Shown piece by piece: positions 35,029 through 47,150 of a DNA stretch of 64,000 bases. How positions within the stretch are numbered: the stretch's first letter is position 1; each line of letters starts with the position of its first letter. Origin of the DNA: Hemiscyllium ocellatum (taxonomy: Eukaryota); the NCBI RefSeq assembly GCF_020745735.1, contig NC_083427.1:2945438-3009437 (forward strand), given 5' to 3'. Both the position numbers and the translations under genes were made by a program. The notes below the pieces were generated by a model that did no database searches, had not been told where the DNA came from, and was given only the letters and a program-made list of their open reading frames with translations.

Positions 35029-35709
35029 ACGGAGAAACCGTGGAAATGTGGCGACTGTGGGGAAGGGTTCGCTTACCCATCCCGGCTGGAAATTCATCGA
35101 CGCACTCATACGGGGGAGAGACCGTTTATCTGTTCCAAGTGTGAGAAGGGATTCACGCGTTTATCCAGCTTGCAGGCACATCAGAGAATTCACAACGGGG
35201 AGAGACCATTCACCTGCTCTGTCTGTGGGAAGAGATTCACCCAGTCTTCCAACCTGCTGCAGCACCAGCGGGTTCACACAGACGAGAGACCTTTTAAGTG
35301 CCTAGACTGTGCGAAGTGCTATAAAAGCTCCAGGGAACTGTCATGCCACCAACGTGTTCACACCAATGAGAGACCATTCAGATGCTCTCACTGCGGGTCT
35401 GGGTTCAGGCGATCGTCTCAACTCACTGAGCACCAGCGAATTCACACCGGGGAGAGACCGTTCAGATGCTCAGAGTGTGGGAAGAGATTCACTCAGTCAT
35501 CCAAGCTGTGGAGACACCAGCGTGTTCACTCTGATATGAGAGCTTTTAAATGCTCTGACTGTGAGGAGAGTTTTAAAAGCAGCAATGACCTGCTGAAACA
35601 CCAGCGCATTCACACTGGGGAGAAGCTGTTCACCTGCTCCGAGTGTGGGAAGAGATTCACTCAGTCGTTCTCCTTGCTGAGACACCAGCGACTTCATGCT
35701 GGGGAGTAG
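35029..35709 (+). CDS. C2H2 zinc-finger protein, gene 2 (8 fingers; paralog of gene 1; ACG at the start position; TAG after the last intact finger)
   Basis: ACG GAG AAA CCG TGG at 35029 is in frame with ORF 35170-35709. One finger (84 bp) is missing relative to gene 1, and AAG has become TAG at 35707. Confidence 0.6.
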   Translation, partial: TEKPWKCGDCGEGFAYPSRLEIHRRTHTGERPFICSKCEKGFTRLSSLQAHQRIHNGERPFTCSVCGKRFTQSSNLLQHQRVHTDERPFKCLDCAKCYKSSRELSCHQRVHTNERPFRCSHCGSGFRRSSQLTEHQRIHTGERPFRCSECGKRFTQSSKLWRHQRVHSDMRAFKCSDCEESFKSSNDLLKHQRIHTGEKLFTCSECGKRFTQSFSLLRHQRLHAGE

Positions 35710-37361
35710 CTGTTCATCTGCTCCGAGTGTGGGAAGGACTCACTTGGTCATTCACCTTGTTGCAGCAGCAGCGAGTTCATTCCGAGGAAAGGCCGTTCAC
35801 CTGATCTGTGTGTGGGAAGGGATTCACTTGTTCTTCCCCCACAGCTGAGAGACTCGCGAGTTCCTGTGTGACTGCAGGGGTTGGATTCTATTTTTGCTGC
35901 TGTCCATCAGCTGCAGGATTGAACGTAGGGCTTAACTCTGATGTGGGAAAGAAATGAGCCTGAGCTGCTCTCTCACATGGTTCAGAGCTCCTAGACACGG
36001 AGCACACAGGCTCCTTTACAACTGGTTTTTGAGGTTGGCAAGAACAACGGGGAATGCTGGAAACATTCTCGAATCAGAAACTGGGATCGAACTTGGATTT
36101 GTTCCTGACTGAAAGTTGACCGTCCGAGAATGACTGTGGTCGCTATGGTCTGAGGATTTAAAATGCATGTGTGATATTCCTGATTCTCCCAGTGTATGTA
36201 GGGGCTATGGCAACAGCAACTTGTATTTATGTAGAAACTTCCAGATTATACAATCGCTTCAAGTGCTTTCTGGTTGATCCATAATTTGCTCAAAGAGATC
36301 AGTTTTAACAAGTGTTTTTAAAGAGAAGGGAGAGAGGTTCTGAGAGGAAGTTCCAGAGTTTTGGGACTGAGTAGATGAAAGCACAACCAACAATGGTGGT
36401 GTGGGGTTGGCAGATGTAGAGGTGCACAGGGAGCCTGGAGAGTCTTGGGCTGGAGGAGGTTCCAGAGACTGCGGTTGAGTAGTGGCTATATCCACAGAGC
36501 CTCCAGTACAGCGCAGAAATGGATCCATGCAGTTTGTGACCAATGCTGTGAAGGATTGGTCTGCTGCCTTAAACAGAATGACAAATACTGCATCTGTGGA
36601 TTTACACCATGTCACAGATCTGCACCAAGCTGTTCTGCAGCAGAGTGGGACAAGATGTGACATTGGTTCAGGAGAGGGATCATCATGGAGAAAGCAGACG
36701 GGGGATTGGGAAATCCACTCAAAAAGCTCTCCAACGTCTTACTGTTTAACTCCAGCCCTTAGGCAATACCTGACACATTGCCTCAGTCTCTGGATGGGCT
36801 AGTCCATCCTATGATCATTCAAATCTGCTTCTGTACAGGTTACAGATGGGACAGTCTTTACCAGGACCCTCAAGGGTGCTGAAAGCCAAAAAGACATTGA
36901 GAGCGGCCTGCCTGAAGGACCTGGGAATGTAGGATGCAATACTGTGCTCATTATGGGGCCTGTGCTTTGGAGCTCCTTGACTGTTACTCTCTCAGTGGTA
37001 TTGAGGTGCTCACAAACAGGCACGTGGTGGGCAAAGTTCCACAGCTTGAGATTCACTTCCCTTCGAGTGAGATCCCTGGTATGGGACTGTACTCTGGTCA
37101 CTGCAATTGGCTCTGTGCAGCCCCTAACCCAGTAAGGGACAACAGGAGTCATCAGGGCTCAAACACCTTCTGAGAAACGTTTAATTGCCCTTGAGGAAGA
37201 TTTGATTTGTGAAATATCAATTCAGCCCCAGACCCTGCTGGGTGAGGAGCTGCTCCTCCAATCACAGGCCACTGCTGGTAGGTTCCTTGCTGAGCCAATC
37301 ATAGGCAAACCTGGCACGAAACAGCCTCTGGTTGGAGGAACAGTGAGAAGTTATTCCCGCA

Positions 37362-37656
37362 GGCAGTGATGTAGTGGCAGTGTCTGGGTACGTGGGTTTG
37401 AATCCCACCAAGTCTGACGGTGAGATTTCAATTCAATAAAATCTGGAGCAAAGAGCTGGTCTAATGACAAACACTGTCATAAAGACGCATCTGATTTACT
37501 AATGATAGTTCAGGGAGGAAATTTGCCTTCCTAGCCCTGGTCTGCATGTGATGTCAGATTTACTGCAACCTGGTTGACTCTTCACTGCCCTCAAGACAAT
37601 TAGCAATAGGCAGTAAACGCTGGGTGCCATCCATATCCCAGGAACAAATCGAAAAA
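37362..37656 (+). mobile_element. Deu-domain (SacSINE1-like) SINE; other copies at 56505-56740, 61921-62288, and partial at 22440-22585 and 38470-38612
   Basis: gggtttgaatcccacc B box. The central motif catctgatttactaatgatagttcagggaggaaatttgcc...ggttgactctt.actgccctc matches the Deu-domain consensus as recalled. Confidence 0.65.
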
Positions 37657-40600
37657 GGGAACTGGATGGAGGTGTAAAGCGGCTGTGGAAAGAGAAGGGA
37701 GCTGCAGGACAAGAGGGAGATGTTGGGGGGAAAACAGGCTGCAAAGAGAAATAGGAGAGAGGGAGGAAGGCTGCAGAAGGGCTGGGAGAGTAACTGGGAA
37801 ACAGCAAAGAAAAGGGAACTGTTTTAAACTTGCTAATTTAAAGGAACATTGAGCTAGCTGGAAACTGAGAAAATTTGGAATTGGTGAGATAATGAGTTAC
37901 TTCCATATTCATGTGGAATACCTAAGGCTGCAAATGTTGAGAAGCTACTATCTGGAGCACGTGCAGTTCTGCAACGAACACCAAGAAAATTGCTCAATTT
38001 AAATCTGAGATTGCGATGCCATTAAAATCTTCCTGCACATGTGATGGAACCTGTCACCTCACCAGTGTGTGAAAGATGTATTTAGGTTGCTGCCTTTTTC
38101 TCTGAAGAGCCATGTACAACAGTTATTTGGGAAGGAAAACATGTTAACTCATGCTTGTTATCTTGTGCCAGTTCAAATAATGTGTTATCCGGGAAATCAA
38201 TGCTTTCCTTATTGTGTTATATTTAATGGTGGGCTGACGAATCTTGACGTTACCTCTGAAGATTCCCGCAGAAGCAGAATACTAAGTATGGCATCTGTCG
38301 GCATGAATACAGAGGGTAATTTTAATACATGATTGCATTACCTAATAAAGAATTAGATATGTACTTGGGGCTAAAGGGATGAAATGATATGGGGGGAAAG
38401 CATATTGAGATGGATTGCAGCCACGACTATCATGAATGGTACAGTAGGCTGGAAGGGCTGAAAGGCGATCTTTACCTTGTCAGGCCGACACATAACTCAC
38501 AAACCCCAGGCCAGTGTGGTTGATTCTTAACTGCCCTCTGGGCGATTAGGTATGGGTAATAAATGCTGGCCTGGCCAGTGATGCCCACATCATGTGAATG
38601 AATTAAAGAAAACAAAATAGCACATTATTGCAGGTGAATAGTTTGCTGTTAATTGACTCTTGTTTTTCCCCCAATTTTAAAATTGGAAGTGAAACCAGTC
38701 ATTGTACAACACTAGAGTGGATCACTGTTAGTTCAAAATCTCCAGATTTGCTTATGGACTTATAATTTGCAGTGCCTCTTGAGAGGTTCAAGTCTTTTGG
38801 ATGCTGTTACTGTCCAGAATTTGATTTGGGCCAAGTTCAAATGAACAAAGCTGGTTGCATAGCATGAATGACAAAGGTTGTGTGTAATTGACTGATAAGG
38901 CTACGTTTGGAAAGCAGAGACTGAAACCCCGGCTACCAGTGGGCTTTCTAAACAGAGGCATGGCTCAGTTGGCTGAACGGCTGGTTTGCGATGCACAGTG
39001 ACATGAACAGCGTGGGTTCAATTCCTGCACCTGCTGAGGGTATCGTGAAGGATCCTCCCTCTCCACCCATCCCCTCACTTGAGGTGTGGTGAACTTCAGG
39101 TTAAAATGCCACCAGTTGTGTCTCTCCAGTGAGAGAGCAGCCCTGTGGTCTTCGAAGTTGATAGCGACTTTACCTTTCAGTATCGTAGACAGGGAAAACC
39201 TAGGAGAAAGGATGCCCAGGTAGAGCATTAGAGAGCTGACTGAGGCTAAAATATTAAAAGTAGAGCCTTGAAGCTGCTTGTGTCAGTGAGTACAGGGACA
39301 TCAGGGAAATGATTGAAAACAGCATGTAACGGCCTTGTGATAAGAGGAAAGCAAAGCAACGATGAACACACAGAATATCATGTGATTCGGTGAGGCGATC
39401 ATTGCTCACTTGAACTGTGACTGGCCACCTGAAGACCCTCTCAAGTAAAAGCCAATGTGACAAATCAGAGTCAGAAAATAAAGATGCAATGAAAGAACAA
39501 GCATGAAGGGGAAAGATTGAGACTGTGAAAGCTCCAAGAAAAAACCCTTGTCTCTCCTGTCCCATTGTCGATGTGAATAATGTACTCCACATTAATTTGT
39601 AAATTGCTGCACTTGTTTGTCAATATAGATTACTCGAAAGCAGATGAACCTGTCTTGAATTTGTCTCAATAAAGTAGATTTCTAATTAACTCTGTTTCCG
39701 ATTCTCCTCTTGCCTGCAAAGTTGAGACACCCCATCCCAAAGAAAGAAAGAATGAGAATCAGTGCTGAATATCAGTCCAGACTGGGAGCTATTGGGTGGG
39801 TAAGTGGTTGAAGGAATGTTCAGTGGATAGGGAGAGTGTTGTTGCCACTTTTGGGAAGGAGTCCTACCTGAAGCAGTGACTAGCAATTTCTCCTCTTCAA
39901 ATGTTAATTGACCTGCAATTTATTTTCCCTTTTCCTTACTTTTATTGGGGCGATTACCCACTAATCAGGAAGCAGCACGATGTCCTTCCATCTCATTATA
40001 GGAAATCCTGGTGACTGGACAGTGGTGGGCTGTGAGGGGAGCATGCTCAGTGTGGGACATATTGGAGTCAGTTGAGGAATAAGAAGTGCAAGCACAAGTT
40101 CCAGATTTTCGCAGTGTTACCACGCGGATGATGACCATTCGGTCTGTTGTGCCTTCATCTGCTGTCCAGGTGACCTTTCACTTAGTGCCTTTCTCCTGCT
40201 TTCTACCTGTACCTTCTAAGGTAATAATGCCTTGATTGAAAGTGCATTCCAGATATTAAACATGAAGAATCGATTCCTCATGTCCCATCTTCACTTCGAG
40301 GATACCCTCCAGCGTGTGGTGTGGCACAGTCACTGTGCTAACACTTGGAGCTGATCAAGGAACAGTTGCAGGCACTGGATTCTGCACAAGCTTTAGGCTG
40401 TGAAACCATTCTGGCAATGGTGCTGAAGACTCATGCTCCAGTTCTTGTGTGTTCCTAGCCAAGCTGCTCAAGTGCAGTAACAACACTGGCATCTACCCTA
40501 CATTGTGGAAGATTACCCAGAAATGTCTTGTGCAGAAAACACAGGACAATCCAACTCAACCAATTTCTGTCCTACCAATCACTTTTGATCATCAGTAAAG

Positions 40601-42311
40601 TGATGGGAGATATCATTGACGGTGTGGTGGAGCAGCATTAGCTTAGGAATAGCCTGTTCACCGAGTCCAGTTTGGGTTTCACCAGGGCCACTCAGATCCT
40701 GATCTCATTACAGCCTTAATTCAAACCTGCTCAAAAGAGCTGAAAAAAAGATCCTCATCACCATTCAGTCTAGAATTCTCTCTGTTACTACTTCCAAAAA
40801 AACACCATGGTATTTGTACACCTCAACAATACGCAACACCTGGTTTTTAAGTTGCAAAACCTTCTTGATCCTCCAGTTATAGCAGTCTAATCTTCATTTC
40901 AGTTTCTCGTATAAAAAGTGAAAAACTGAAGTCTATTGAACCCACCCTTAAAGAGAAAGAAGCACTTCTTAAAATGTTTCATGTCCAGAAAACATATGCA
41001 AATAACACAAAAAATTACATTTACTCACCCTCTTTTATTCTTTATAGAGGATTCCAATAACTACTTGTTTACTTTCCAAATTCTTAAGCTATTTCAGTTC
41101 AACCCGTGTAGTGGATAATGCTTCAGCTATTGAATTATCGTCTCCAGCAATACAAACAATTTTTACATTGAATGTTAGATTACACTCCCAACTGAATGGT
41201 CTTGCATTTCATGTAGGTGAAAGTGAGGACTGCAGATGATTGCATTTCATGTGTTGAGTTTCTCTGCAAACCATCAGCAGGTTATGATCAGTATATATGT
41301 GTTTCTTTGCAATTTAAAAATATTGGGGGGACCAGAAATGATCTGAAATTTCATCCCTACCACCAAAAAAAAATTCTTCTGATATTAGTTTAATTTCTTA
41401 GAAAAGTAATCGACTGGTTTCTCTCTCCTGCTGATTCATCATCACTGCAACTATTCCCTAGTCACTAGTATGAATTGCAATTTTAAATAATTTTGTAAAG
41501 TCAGGGGCAGTTAACAGTGAGTCATTTCTTAAGATTACTTTCAGTTTGTCAAGACCTGTTTGGCACTGTGTTCTCATACAACCTTGACCTGTTTCCCTAA
41601 CAAATATGTGAAAATATTATGTTGAAGTAAGCCATGAATTTACAATAAAACCCAACACATTTCAAAAAATGTAATAATCTCTTAGGTTTAGGAATAAAAA
41701 TTTCTATGAGAGCCTTCATTTTTGTTCTTGGCAATATTTGCCCTTGCCCTGCAAAATGCCCTTGGTAAAATAACATCAGTTTTGCAAATTCATTTTTGGT
41801 GAGATTTATTACAAGCCAGCTAAATGAAATGGTCTAAATAGGTCTTCTAGTTGCATTATATGTTCATCTCAGACAAAAGAGTTTGGCACTTTATCTACAA
41901 CTTGATTCATAAGTCTTTGGAACACAGCTGAAATATTTTTAAACGGAAATGGCGTCAGTCAAAATGGATGTAGTCCATTTAGTGTCATAGAGTTGCACAG
42001 CATAGAAACAGTCCAACTTGTCTACGCCGACCAGCTATCCTAAATTAATCTAGTCTGATTTGCCAGCATTTGGCCCAAATCCCTCTAACCCTTTGTATTC
42101 ATACACCTATGCCTTTTTAAATGTTGTTATTGTACCAGCCTCCACCACTTCCTCTGGCAGCTCATTCCATACACATACCACCCTCTGCATGAAAAGGTTG
42201 TCCCTTTGGTCCCTTTTAAAATTCTCTCCTCTCACCTTAAACCCATGTCCTCTAATTTTGAACTCCCCTAATCTCGGGAAAAGATCTTGGCTGTTCACCC
42301 TATACATGCCC

Positions 42312-43057
42312 CCCACCAACCCACCCTCCATTCCCGGCACTTTCACTTGCCACTACAAGAGATGTAAAGCCTGCATCGATACCTCCCCCCTCACTTCCAT
42401 CCAAAGCCACAAAGGATCCTTCCACATCCGGCAGGGATTTTCCTGTACCTCCACACACGTCATCCACTGTGTCCATTGCTCCCAATGTGGTCTTGGAGAA
42501 CATTTCTGGGACTCATGCACTAAACAAACCCACTGCCCTATGGCTGAACACTCAACTCCCCCTCCCACCCTGCTAAGGACCAGTGAGTCCTGGACCACCT
42601 CCACCGCCAGATGGTAGTCACCGATGCCTGGAGGAAGAATGCCTTATCTTCCACCTTGGGACCCTCCAACCGCACAGGATCGATGTTGAGCAGTTTACTG
42701 ATCTCCCCCCTGCCCCTCCTATTCCAGATCCAACCCTCCAATGTGGCACTGCCCTCTTGAACTGTCCTACCTGTCCACCTTCCTTCCCACCCATCAGTTC
42801 CACCCTCCACTCTGACCTAACACCATCACCCCCCCAATTTTATCTACCTAACGCATTACAAGCTACCTTGCCCCCCAGCCCACCCCCCTCCCATTTATCT
42901 CTCAGCTCCATGGGCCTCCCCCTACTTTGCTGATGAAGAGCTTATGCTCAAAACATCAATTCTCCTACTCCTCGAATGCTGCCTGACCGGCTGTGCTTTT
43001 TCAGCACCACACTTGTTGACTCTAATCTCCAGCATCTGCAGTCCTCACTTTCTCCTT
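42312..43057 (+). mobile_element. Penelope-like 3' fragment (duplicate of 26274-27007)
   Basis: Same TSD at 42294-42311 and 43058-43075. ORF 42060-42617 carries the Cys-rich segment. Confidence 0.8.
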
Positions 43058-45519
43058 TTCACCCTATCCATGCCCTTCATGATGTTATAAACCTTTATAA
43101 GGTCACCCCTGAGCTTCTGGTGCTCCTGGGAAAATAGCCCCAGCCTATTCTGTCTGTGCCTTTCGTACAAACTGTCCAACCCTGGCAACATCCTTGTCGG
43201 TCTTTTCTGAGTCCGTTCAAATTTCACAACATCTTTCCTACAGCAGGGAGACAGAATTGCATGCAGTGTTCCCAAAGTGGTCTAACCAATGCCCTGCACA
43301 GCTGCAACATAACCTTACAACTCCTATACTCTCTGCACTGACCAATAAAGTCAAGCGAATCAAATGCCTTCTAACTACCTGTGAGTCCACTTTCAAGGAA
43401 CTATGAATTTGCACTCCGAGGTCTCTTTGTTCAGCAACATTTCCCAGGACCTGACCATTCAGTGTATAAGTCCTGGCCTGACTTTCCATTCCAAAAGACA
43501 GCATGAAAGGCTGATATCATCTTAGCTTGCTGGTACCCATTTAATCGAAAAAGTTAGAAAGACATGAAGCACTGCTAAACATATCAATAAGACCTAAGAA
43601 TTTGGTGTGAATTTGCTCAGGTTAATATATTTACTTTTCTGGAATCGATGCAGAATCCAGTTTAGGAATTAACACACCAGTGAACGCCAACTGCTTTTAT
43701 TATAGTCAATCAGATGATTTTCTCGCATGCATTAAATCTCCATTTCCATCTGAGCTTTTTTCTTTGGTCTTAATGTCCAGATCTTCATGTTGTCCTTCTT
43801 TTAACTATGAAAGTGTGCAATCCAACGGTCCCATTTTTTTTCCAGCATTGCCCAGGCAAGTAGTAGATGGTTCACTTTGTGAACTGTCTATCTCTTCTTC
43901 TACTTCACTTTTACTATCATTGTTATCCTCCACTATTATTACCATCTGAAATACTTGCCTGTCTTATCTCCATCTCGATGATGATATCGTTTTAACATGT
44001 TCAAATGCATAACCGATCCTTCTTTCTGCGATCCAGATAAGTCACGATATAAGAAGAAAACCACCCTGACCTGTTCATGCCTATCGGTGACTCCAGACCA
44101 CAGCAATGCAATTGATTCTGGATGGACATTAAATGCTGGCCTCACCAGATCCAATGAACAAATAAAAGAGCACCTGAAAAGTTAAACTGTACACTTCAAT
44201 TAAAATGTGAATTAATGTCAACTACAAACAAAAATTGATTTGTACCCACCAATTGTAAGCACTTAGTTTTTAAATGTTTTCTCCTTATTAATCTTTTAGT
44301 GATTCTGTCAATTATATCCCGTCGAGTCCTGTGATCTGACACCGATTTCTGCAATTAGTTTGCTCTGGTACTATGTTTAACCTATTTCTTAGTTAAGCAC
44401 AAACGGTAGGTCATCCGTTTGTATTTTTTCATCAAAGCAATATTTGTTATGAAATATCCCCTTACATGTCTATAACTAACATCTTTATTGGTCTATTTGT
44501 TAACTTAATTTGCCAGTTCATGTTAGCTAGCTGTTTTCACACTGTCACAATTGCCCCTTTTTAATTTTAAAATACTAGTCTTAGACTAATCTCTCTCTCT
44601 AACTCTACATAAAATTCAATCACATCATTTCACTGCTGTCTGGAATGCTTTCTGCAAGATCATTAATTAATCCTGTCTCATAGCAATTAAACGGTCGATG
44701 CCACCAGAATATGTTATTTTAAGCACTATTCGGAAAAAAAATGTACTCGTCTGCTGAGATATCATTGTCCTTCTGAAATCTCCAGCCCATATTAGGATGG
44801 ACATACCTCCTGATTATAGCCAGTCACTGGACTTGTAATGTTAACTCTGCTTTCTCTCCACAGATACTGCCAAGCCCACAGGGTTTTTCCAGAAATTTCT
44901 GCTTTTGTTTGGTTTCTAAAATCGACAGGCAGGAGGCTGGAAGACACAGCAAGCCAAGTAGCATCAGGAGGTGGAGAAATCAGGTTCTGAAGAAGGGTTA
45001 CACCTGAAATGTCGACTTCCCCAACTCCTGATGCTGCCTGGCTTGCTGTGTTCTTCCAGCCTCCTGCCTGTCTATTTTGGATTCCAGCGTCTGCAGTTTT
45101 TTTTTGTCTCTAACTTTGATTTCCTGAATTCAAAGTTCTTGGTTTTATATTATCCCACTCTTTCTTCCTTTGCACTCAACCCTACTGTATGGTTCCTGTC
45201 AAGGGTAGAGTGCACCATTATCACGTGACATTTTGCCCATATCATTTCTATACTCTGGACTACATAGGTCATCCTTCTCAATTACCACAACGAGAAAGGT
45301 CCGGTTCTGTGCTGGGGTTTGATAAATCTGGTTTCCAAATGGTTTCAGTCCATGAGGTAAAATAGCCATGATCCTACAGACCAGAGGGCTACTCCCTCAT
45401 TAGAAAAACCACTAGTTGTGGTTTAACCTGAGGGTCATCATGCTTCAGGAGAGGAGACAGGTTGAGAAGGAGAGTCCTTCAGACATACGGGAATTGAACA
45501 TACAACCAACAGAGTTAAC

Positions 45520-45752
45520 CTGCCATTGATGAGAAGGATCCAGGCTCAGCCTCCCCCTTCATTGACTCCCATTGGTTGGTGGTCCAGCCTTTCTCGGGTA
45601 GGAACTCCAATCCCACCCCTGATTGACACCATTATTTGGAGGACCAGCCTCGGCGGGATGGTCTTCCAGTCCTCCCCCTCAGTGTCACCCCCCCCACCCC
45701 ATCTTCTAATTGGCGCGGGGCAGCCGGCAATCAGTTGGTGGTTGTGGTCTGG
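45520..45752 (+). promoter_or_regulatory. Truncated, CpG-depleted copy of the 29480-30130 promoter
   Basis: Aligns to 29480-29887 with deletions and CpG-to-TpG changes (gtcggcggtt vs gttggtggtt). The exon-1 donors are absent. Confidence 0.7.
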
Positions 45753-45754
45753 AG

Positions 45755-47150
45755 AATCCTCTCTGCATAAACATTTCACGAATTCCTTTCCTTAACATCC
45801 ACTAACAACCTGATTCTCCCAGTTCATCTGCATATTGAAGTCCCCTGTGATTACTGTAATAGTGCCTGTGTTACAAGCATTTTCGGTCTCCTGATTTACT
45901 TTCTTCTGCACATCCTGGCTATTACTATGAGGGCTGTACACAACTCCCATCAGGGTCTTTTTTCCTTTGCAGCTCCTGAATTCCACCTGAAATTCACTTT
46001 TCAACTATGTGACTTCTTACTAAGAGAGCAACTCCACACCCAATCTCCCCCCTCCCCCCAATTCCAACCCAACCCGCTGCCATCTGCCTGTCTTTATGAT
46101 AGGATGTGTATCAATTGGATATTTCATCCCCAGCCCTGATCCCCTTGCAGCCACATCTCTCTATGATACCTACAATATGATTCCTCCCAATTTAAATCTG
46201 CACTATAAGCTCATTTACCTTGTTTTATATAATGTCTGCATTTAAGAACAACATCCTCCGTCCTATGTTGATGACCCTCTTCCTCCAGTTGTCCCCTTAT
46301 CTGCTGTATCTGAAGATAGATTTCTGACCCTTTAAAACATTCTGTTCAATTACTCATTCTGGAAATTTAAATAACCTCTGCTGAGCACCCCACTTCCCGA
46401 CCCCACCCTTTAATGTTTTCCATAACTTTCCACGTAACTGAACTTACCAGTTGAGAGGATTTGGCTCTGCTTTTTAATTTAGCCCATAGCTGATCACAAT
46501 CCCTCAGCAGAACCTCTTCCTAATTGTATTGTCGATACCGACTTGACATGACGACTGGATCTTTCCTCTCCCGTGACAAGTTTCCTCTGCAGTCCAGATC
46601 AGTTATTGTGAACCCCAGCATGAGGCAGGTAATACAGCCTTTGGGCTGGTCACAAAAACAGTGTCTAATCCGCGAACTATACTATCTCCAATTCCAACTA
46701 CATTTCTCTATTCTCCTCCTCTTGAATGGCTTCCTGCTATGGTCAGTTTGCTCATCCTCCTTAAAGCACTTGCACTCATCCACACAGGGAACAAGAATCT
46801 CAAACCTGCTGGACTAGCTCGAGGGCTGAGGCTCATTCAGCATCACCTCCTGGATCCCTCTATGTAGCCTGGCCTGTGGTCACATTCTCTTGTCCCTGAC
46901 CACTGAATAAATTTGAGGTAGTTAATCTATGGGGTGTGACTGCCTCTTGAAACACAGAGTCCAAGTAATTGTTCCTCATATCTGATATGTCAGTGTTCGA
47001 AGCTCAGACTCCAGCTCATCAACTCTGTGCCAGAGTTCCTCAAGCAACCAACATTGCTCCTGATGTGGTCAATGTGAACCACAATTGTGTCCCCCAGCTC
47101 CCACATTGTGCAGTTACAACACATTGCCAGGCCCTGTATCTCTATTTTAA
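45755..47150 (-). mobile_element. CR1 LINE 5' half remnant (AP endonuclease and ORF1 esterase-like)
   Basis: TLMGVVYSPH..VITGDFN (ORF 45792-46004) and DTIVVHI (ORF 46990-47193). Confidence 0.75.

Larger units (their letters stand above)
31929..45752 (+). repeat. Segmental duplication, copy 2
   Basis: Aligns to 14682-29887. Lacks ~16450-18680 and ~21910-22320 and has an extra block at ~36248-38080. Confidence 0.95.

Noticed and set aside
14682-45752. Duplication as a pure haplotype-assembly artefact
   Set aside because: Copy-specific TE insertions with TSDs, kb-scale indels and several-percent divergence argue for true paralogs, although read depth was not available to confirm this.
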